A stretch of 59,287 nt of DNA, filler included. It is 4 parts of 4 records of this genome, joined end to end, with 100 filler letters (N's around TTAATTAATTAA, not from the genome) between each part and the next. Parts side by side here need not be neighbours in the genome. Positions count along the whole stretch, not along the records: positions 44,023 to 59,287 come from SRR2962707_4291; 3 more parts are not named here. The stretch is one strand, 5' to 3'. The number at the start of each line of letters is the position of its first letter. Within the stretch, counting starts at the first letter, position 1. Below the pieces are notes generated by a model. The model had not been told where the DNA came from and searched no databases. It saw only the letters and a program-made list of their open reading frames with translations. Shown here one piece after another: positions 57,236 through 59,287 of this stretch. A program made the position numbers and the translations under genes.

Positions 57236-59287
57236 ATGGCTAAACGACCTCCAAAAAAGACCGGCAATCCATCATCGATGGATGAAGCGACCCAGCGGGC
57301 CAATACGCCGCGTGACACAGGCTTTGGCGAAATGCCTCAGGCTGAGTTTGAAGGCGCGGAAATTTCCGGCTCGTCGGTTGCGGACTGGGTAAAACAATTA
57401 GAAGACGACGCGGCGATTGATGCGCGGCGCGAAGAAACGCGCTCCATCCGCTCCAAGGCGGGCAAGCACCGCCGCCAAGTGGAACAAAAAGCCGCCAAGG
57501 ACAAAGCAAAAAAGGGCGATCTGGTTGGCGATAAGCGCACCGGCGGCGGCACGTCCATCGGCGGCACCAATGACCCGAAAAAACGCGCGGCGGCGGGTCT
57601 TAACCCCGTTTCAGGCCTCAATGTCTCGCTGGAAGAAGCAAACGAACTGGCCTCCACATCGGGCGTTACCGCCACGGTGGAAGCGCTGCAAGCGCTCATC
57701 CAATCGGGCAATCCGCTGTTTAAAGACGGCGAACAATGGGTGCCCCACCGCCCTGAACGGCCGGAGAAATCCGAAGGCGGCGTGCCGATTAAAATGGTCA
57801 CGGAGTATGAACCCGCTGGCGACCAACCCACCGCCATCCGCGATTTGGTGGCGGGCCTGAAAGATGGCGACCGGATGCAGACACTGCTCGGCGTTACCGG
57901 TTCGGGCAAAACCTTCACCATGGCCAAAGTGATTGAGGAAACGCAGCGCCCCGCGCTGATCCTTGCGCCCAACAAAACCCTTGCCGCCCAGCTTTATGGT
58001 GAGATGAAGCACTTCTTCCCCGACAATGCGGTGGAATATTTCGTCTCCTATTATGATTATTATCAGCCCGAAGCCTATGTGCCGCGCACCGATACATTCA
58101 TTGAAAAAGAAAGCTCTATCAATGAGCAGATCGACCGGATGCGCCACGCCGCCACCCGCTCGCTGTTAGAGCGCGATGATTGTATCATCGTGGCGTCGGT
58201 GTCGTGTATTTACGGTATTGGTTCGGTTGAAACCTACACCGCCATGACCTTTCAAATGTCGATTGGCGACCGCGTAGACCAGCGCCAATTGCTCGCTGAT
58301 TTGGTGGCCCAGCAATATAAGCGCCAAGACATCAATTTTGTGCGCGGCTCGTTTCGCGTGCGCGGCGACACGATTGAACTCTTCCCCGCCCACTTGGAAG
58401 ATGCCGCTTGGCGCATCTCGATGTTTGGCGATGAGATTGAAAGCATCACCGAATTTGACCCGCTCACCGGCAAAAAGCGCGGCGAACTCAAAACGGTCAA
58501 AATCTACGCCAATTCGCACTACGTCACCCCGCGCCCGACGCTCAACCAAGCGCAGGAAAAGATTAAAGCCGAGCTTGGCCACCGCTTGAAAGAGCTCAAC
58601 GATGCTGGCCGCCTGCTGGAAGCGCAGCGCCTTGAACAGCGCACCAAATATGATTTGGAAATGCTCGCCGCCACCGGCTCTTGCCAAGGCATTGAGAACT
58701 ATTCGCGCTATCTGACAGGCCGCAAGCCGGGCGAACCGCCGCCAACCCTGTTTGAATATATCCCTGATAATGCGCTGGTTTTCCTCGATGAAAGCCACGT
58801 CACCATTCCGCAGATCGGCGCGATGTATAAGGGCGACTTCCGCCGCAAGGCAACGCTGGCCGAATATGGCTTCCGCCTGCCCTCATGCTTGGACAACCGC
58901 CCGCTGCGCTTTGAAGAGTGGGACGCTATGCGCCCGCAAACGGTGGCAGTCTCAGCAACGCCAGCGGCGTGGGAAATGGAGCAATCGGGCGGCGTGTTCG
59001 CTGAACAGGTGATCCGCCCCACAGGCCTTATTGACCCGCCGGTGGAAATTCGCCCCGCGAAAAACCAAGTCGACGATGTGGTCGGCGAAATCCGCGCCAC
59101 GGCGCAGGCTGGCTACCGCACTTTGTGCACCGTGCTGACCAAGCGCATGGCCGAAGATTTGACCGAATATCTGCATGAGCAAGGCATCCGCGTGCGCTAT
59201 ATGCACTCGGACATCGACACGTTGGAGCGCATTGAGATCATCCGTGATCTGCGCCTTGGCGCGTTTGACGTGCTGGTCGGCATCAAC
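57236..59287 (+). CDS. uvrB: excinuclease ABC subunit B (3'-truncated; missing from the ORF track because it has no stop in the window)
   Basis: My translation gives [59 protein letters not shown] and VSATP, preceded by a long N-terminal extension. Confidence 0.96.
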   Translation, partial: MAKRPPKKTGNPSSMDEATQRANTPRDTGFGEMPQAEFEGAEISGSSVADWVKQLEDDAAIDARREETRSIRSKAGKHRRQVEQKAAKDKAKKGDLVGDKRTGGGTSIGGTNDPKKRAAAGLNPVSGLNVSLEEANELASTSGVTATVEALQALIQSGNPLFKDGEQWVPHRPERPEKSEGGVPIKMVTEYEPAGDQPTAIRDLVAGLKDGDRMQTLLGVTGSGKTFTMAKVIEETQRPALILAPNKTLAAQLYGEMKHFFPDNAVEYFVSYYDYYQPEAYVPRTDTFIEKESSINEQIDRMRHAATRSLLERDDCIIVASVSCIYGIGSVETYTAMTFQMSIGDRVDQRQLLADLVAQQYKRQDINFVRGSFRVRGDTIELFPAHLEDAAWRISMFGDEIESITEFDPLTGKKRGELKTVKIYANSHYVTPRPTLNQAQEKIKAELGHRLKELNDAGRLLEAQRLEQRTKYDLEMLAATGSCQGIENYSRYLTGRKPGEPPPTLFEYIPDNALVFLDESHVTIPQIGAMYKGDFRRKATLAEYGFRLPSCLDNRPLRFEEWDAMRPQTVAVSATPAAWEMEQSGGVFAEQVIRPTGLIDPPVEIRPAKNQVDDVVGEIRATAQAGYRTLCTVLTKRMAEDLTEYLHEQGIRVRYMHSDIDTLERIEIIRDLRLGAFDVLVGIN

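Noticed and set aside
57236-57780. Long N-terminal extension on UvrB
   Set aside because: As I recall, such extensions are common in Rhizobiales UvrB, so I did not treat it as novel.
57337-59206. Several ORFs listed over the window end
   Set aside because: All are shadows of uvrB, which the track missed because it has no stop codon in the window.

Overview
This window is not one locus. It is four unrelated contigs joined by artificial N-TTAATTAATTAA-N linkers at 13848-13947, 20956-21055 and 43923-44022. Contig 1 (1-13847) is GC-rich gammaproteobacterial housekeeping DNA: rsmJ, uppP, thioesterase, tsaB, yoaA-type helicase, SCP2, PPK2, an orphan amtB with an NtrC/sigma54-like promoter, ybbN, fadE, a hipBA-type toxin-antitoxin pair and REP-like hairpins. 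Contig 2 (13948-20955) is lower-GC accessory DNA: a broken GT4-GT2 glycosyltransferase, a mini-IS6 remnant, and a LysR / homocysteine S-methyltransferase / DUF1127 / hydrolase / TyrA block that ends in a second IS6-like end. Contig 3 (21056-43922) looks alphaproteobacterial (Rhodobacteraceae-like). It carries a sulfonate/nitrate-type ABC operon joined to copper chaperones, a diheme cytochrome c, Crp/Fnr and YeiH, followed by a large phn region: phnFGHIJKLM, a convergent phnDCE-like / methyltransferase / phnM-like / methyltransferase operon, and phnCDEE plus an acetyltransferase. Contig 4 (44023-59287) is Rhizobiales-like core DNA with an AT-rich HD-domain/HSP90-ATPase gene inserted before uvrB. 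The headline observation is that the intact, translationally coupled PhnJ lacks three of the four conserved C-terminal cysteines (two [4Fe-4S] ligands and the thiyl-radical Cys). This 'C-P lyase' therefore cannot use the known radical-SAM mechanism, and it sits next to an extra methyltransferase/PhnM/transporter operon with Pho-box-like repeats. All calls come from reading motifs by eye and from recalled reference sequences; no searches were run.
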